From Octopus sinensis (Eukaryota), in contig NC_043002.1 in the NCBI RefSeq assembly GCF_006345805.1, positions 69,874,001 through 69,938,000 of the forward strand: a stretch of 64,000 bases of DNA. Direction: 5' to 3'. Made by a program: the position numbers and the translations under genes. This document shows positions 63,599 through 64,000 of this stretch, piece by piece; the stretch's first letter is position 1; each line of letters opens with the position of its first letter. The notes below the pieces were generated by a model. It did no database searches. It was not told where the DNA came from and was given only the letters and a program-made list of their open reading frames with translations.

Positions 63599-64000
63599 AC
63601 ATACATACATACATACATACATTTATGTATATATGTCTGTGTGTCTTTGTATTTGTGATTGTCCCCTACTGCTGTTTGAATGGTGCAGGTGTGGTTGTAT
63701 CGCAAGAAGTTTGCTTCCCACCACATACTTCTGGGTTCGGTCCCACTGCATGACACCTTGGGCAGGTATCATCTATTATAGTCTTAGGCCAACCAAAGCC
63801 TTGTAATGACATTTGGTAGACAGATTGTTCACATCTATGTAACTTAGTGGTTCAGCAAAAGAAACCTGTAGAATAAGTACCAGACTTTAAGACTAAGTAC
63901 TGGGGTTGAATTGTTTGAGTAAATCCTTCAAGACAATAACCCTGCAATGAATGAAACAAGAAATAGAAAGAATAGGGACACAGAATCGATTCATAGCATT

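Overview
Repeat-rich, AT-rich animal genomic DNA. The SINE/LINE families and microsatellite load suggest an octopus genome, which is an inference and not a database result. (1) Positions 1-11.7 kb hold a tandem array of tRNA-Trp(CCA) genes on the minus strand: 9 full-length copies (5 identical, 4 with point variants) plus 4 copies of a degenerate tRNA-Trp-derived element with a CCC anticodon. The array is organised as a ~2.92-kb unit and probably continues left of the window. (2) The first coding exon of an ACBD4/5-type acyl-CoA-binding protein gene is on the plus strand at ~54.2 kb; exon 2 was not found in the window. An unidentified minus-strand exon candidate lies at 11974-12098. (3) The rest is dense with decayed mobile DNA: four tRNA-derived SINE families, mariner, Tc1-like and Tigger-like elements, MITEs, Helitron-like elements, and RTE, CR1 and R4/Dong-type LINE relics. 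(4) Two ribozyme-like structures were read directly from the sequence: a minimal type I hammerhead (29143-29203, minus) and an HDV-like fold (41725-41802, minus) heading a short RTE-like element. Several fold-back/inverted structures are also present. Most short ORFs in the supplied track are microsatellite artefacts. All alignments were done by eye, so percent identities are approximate.
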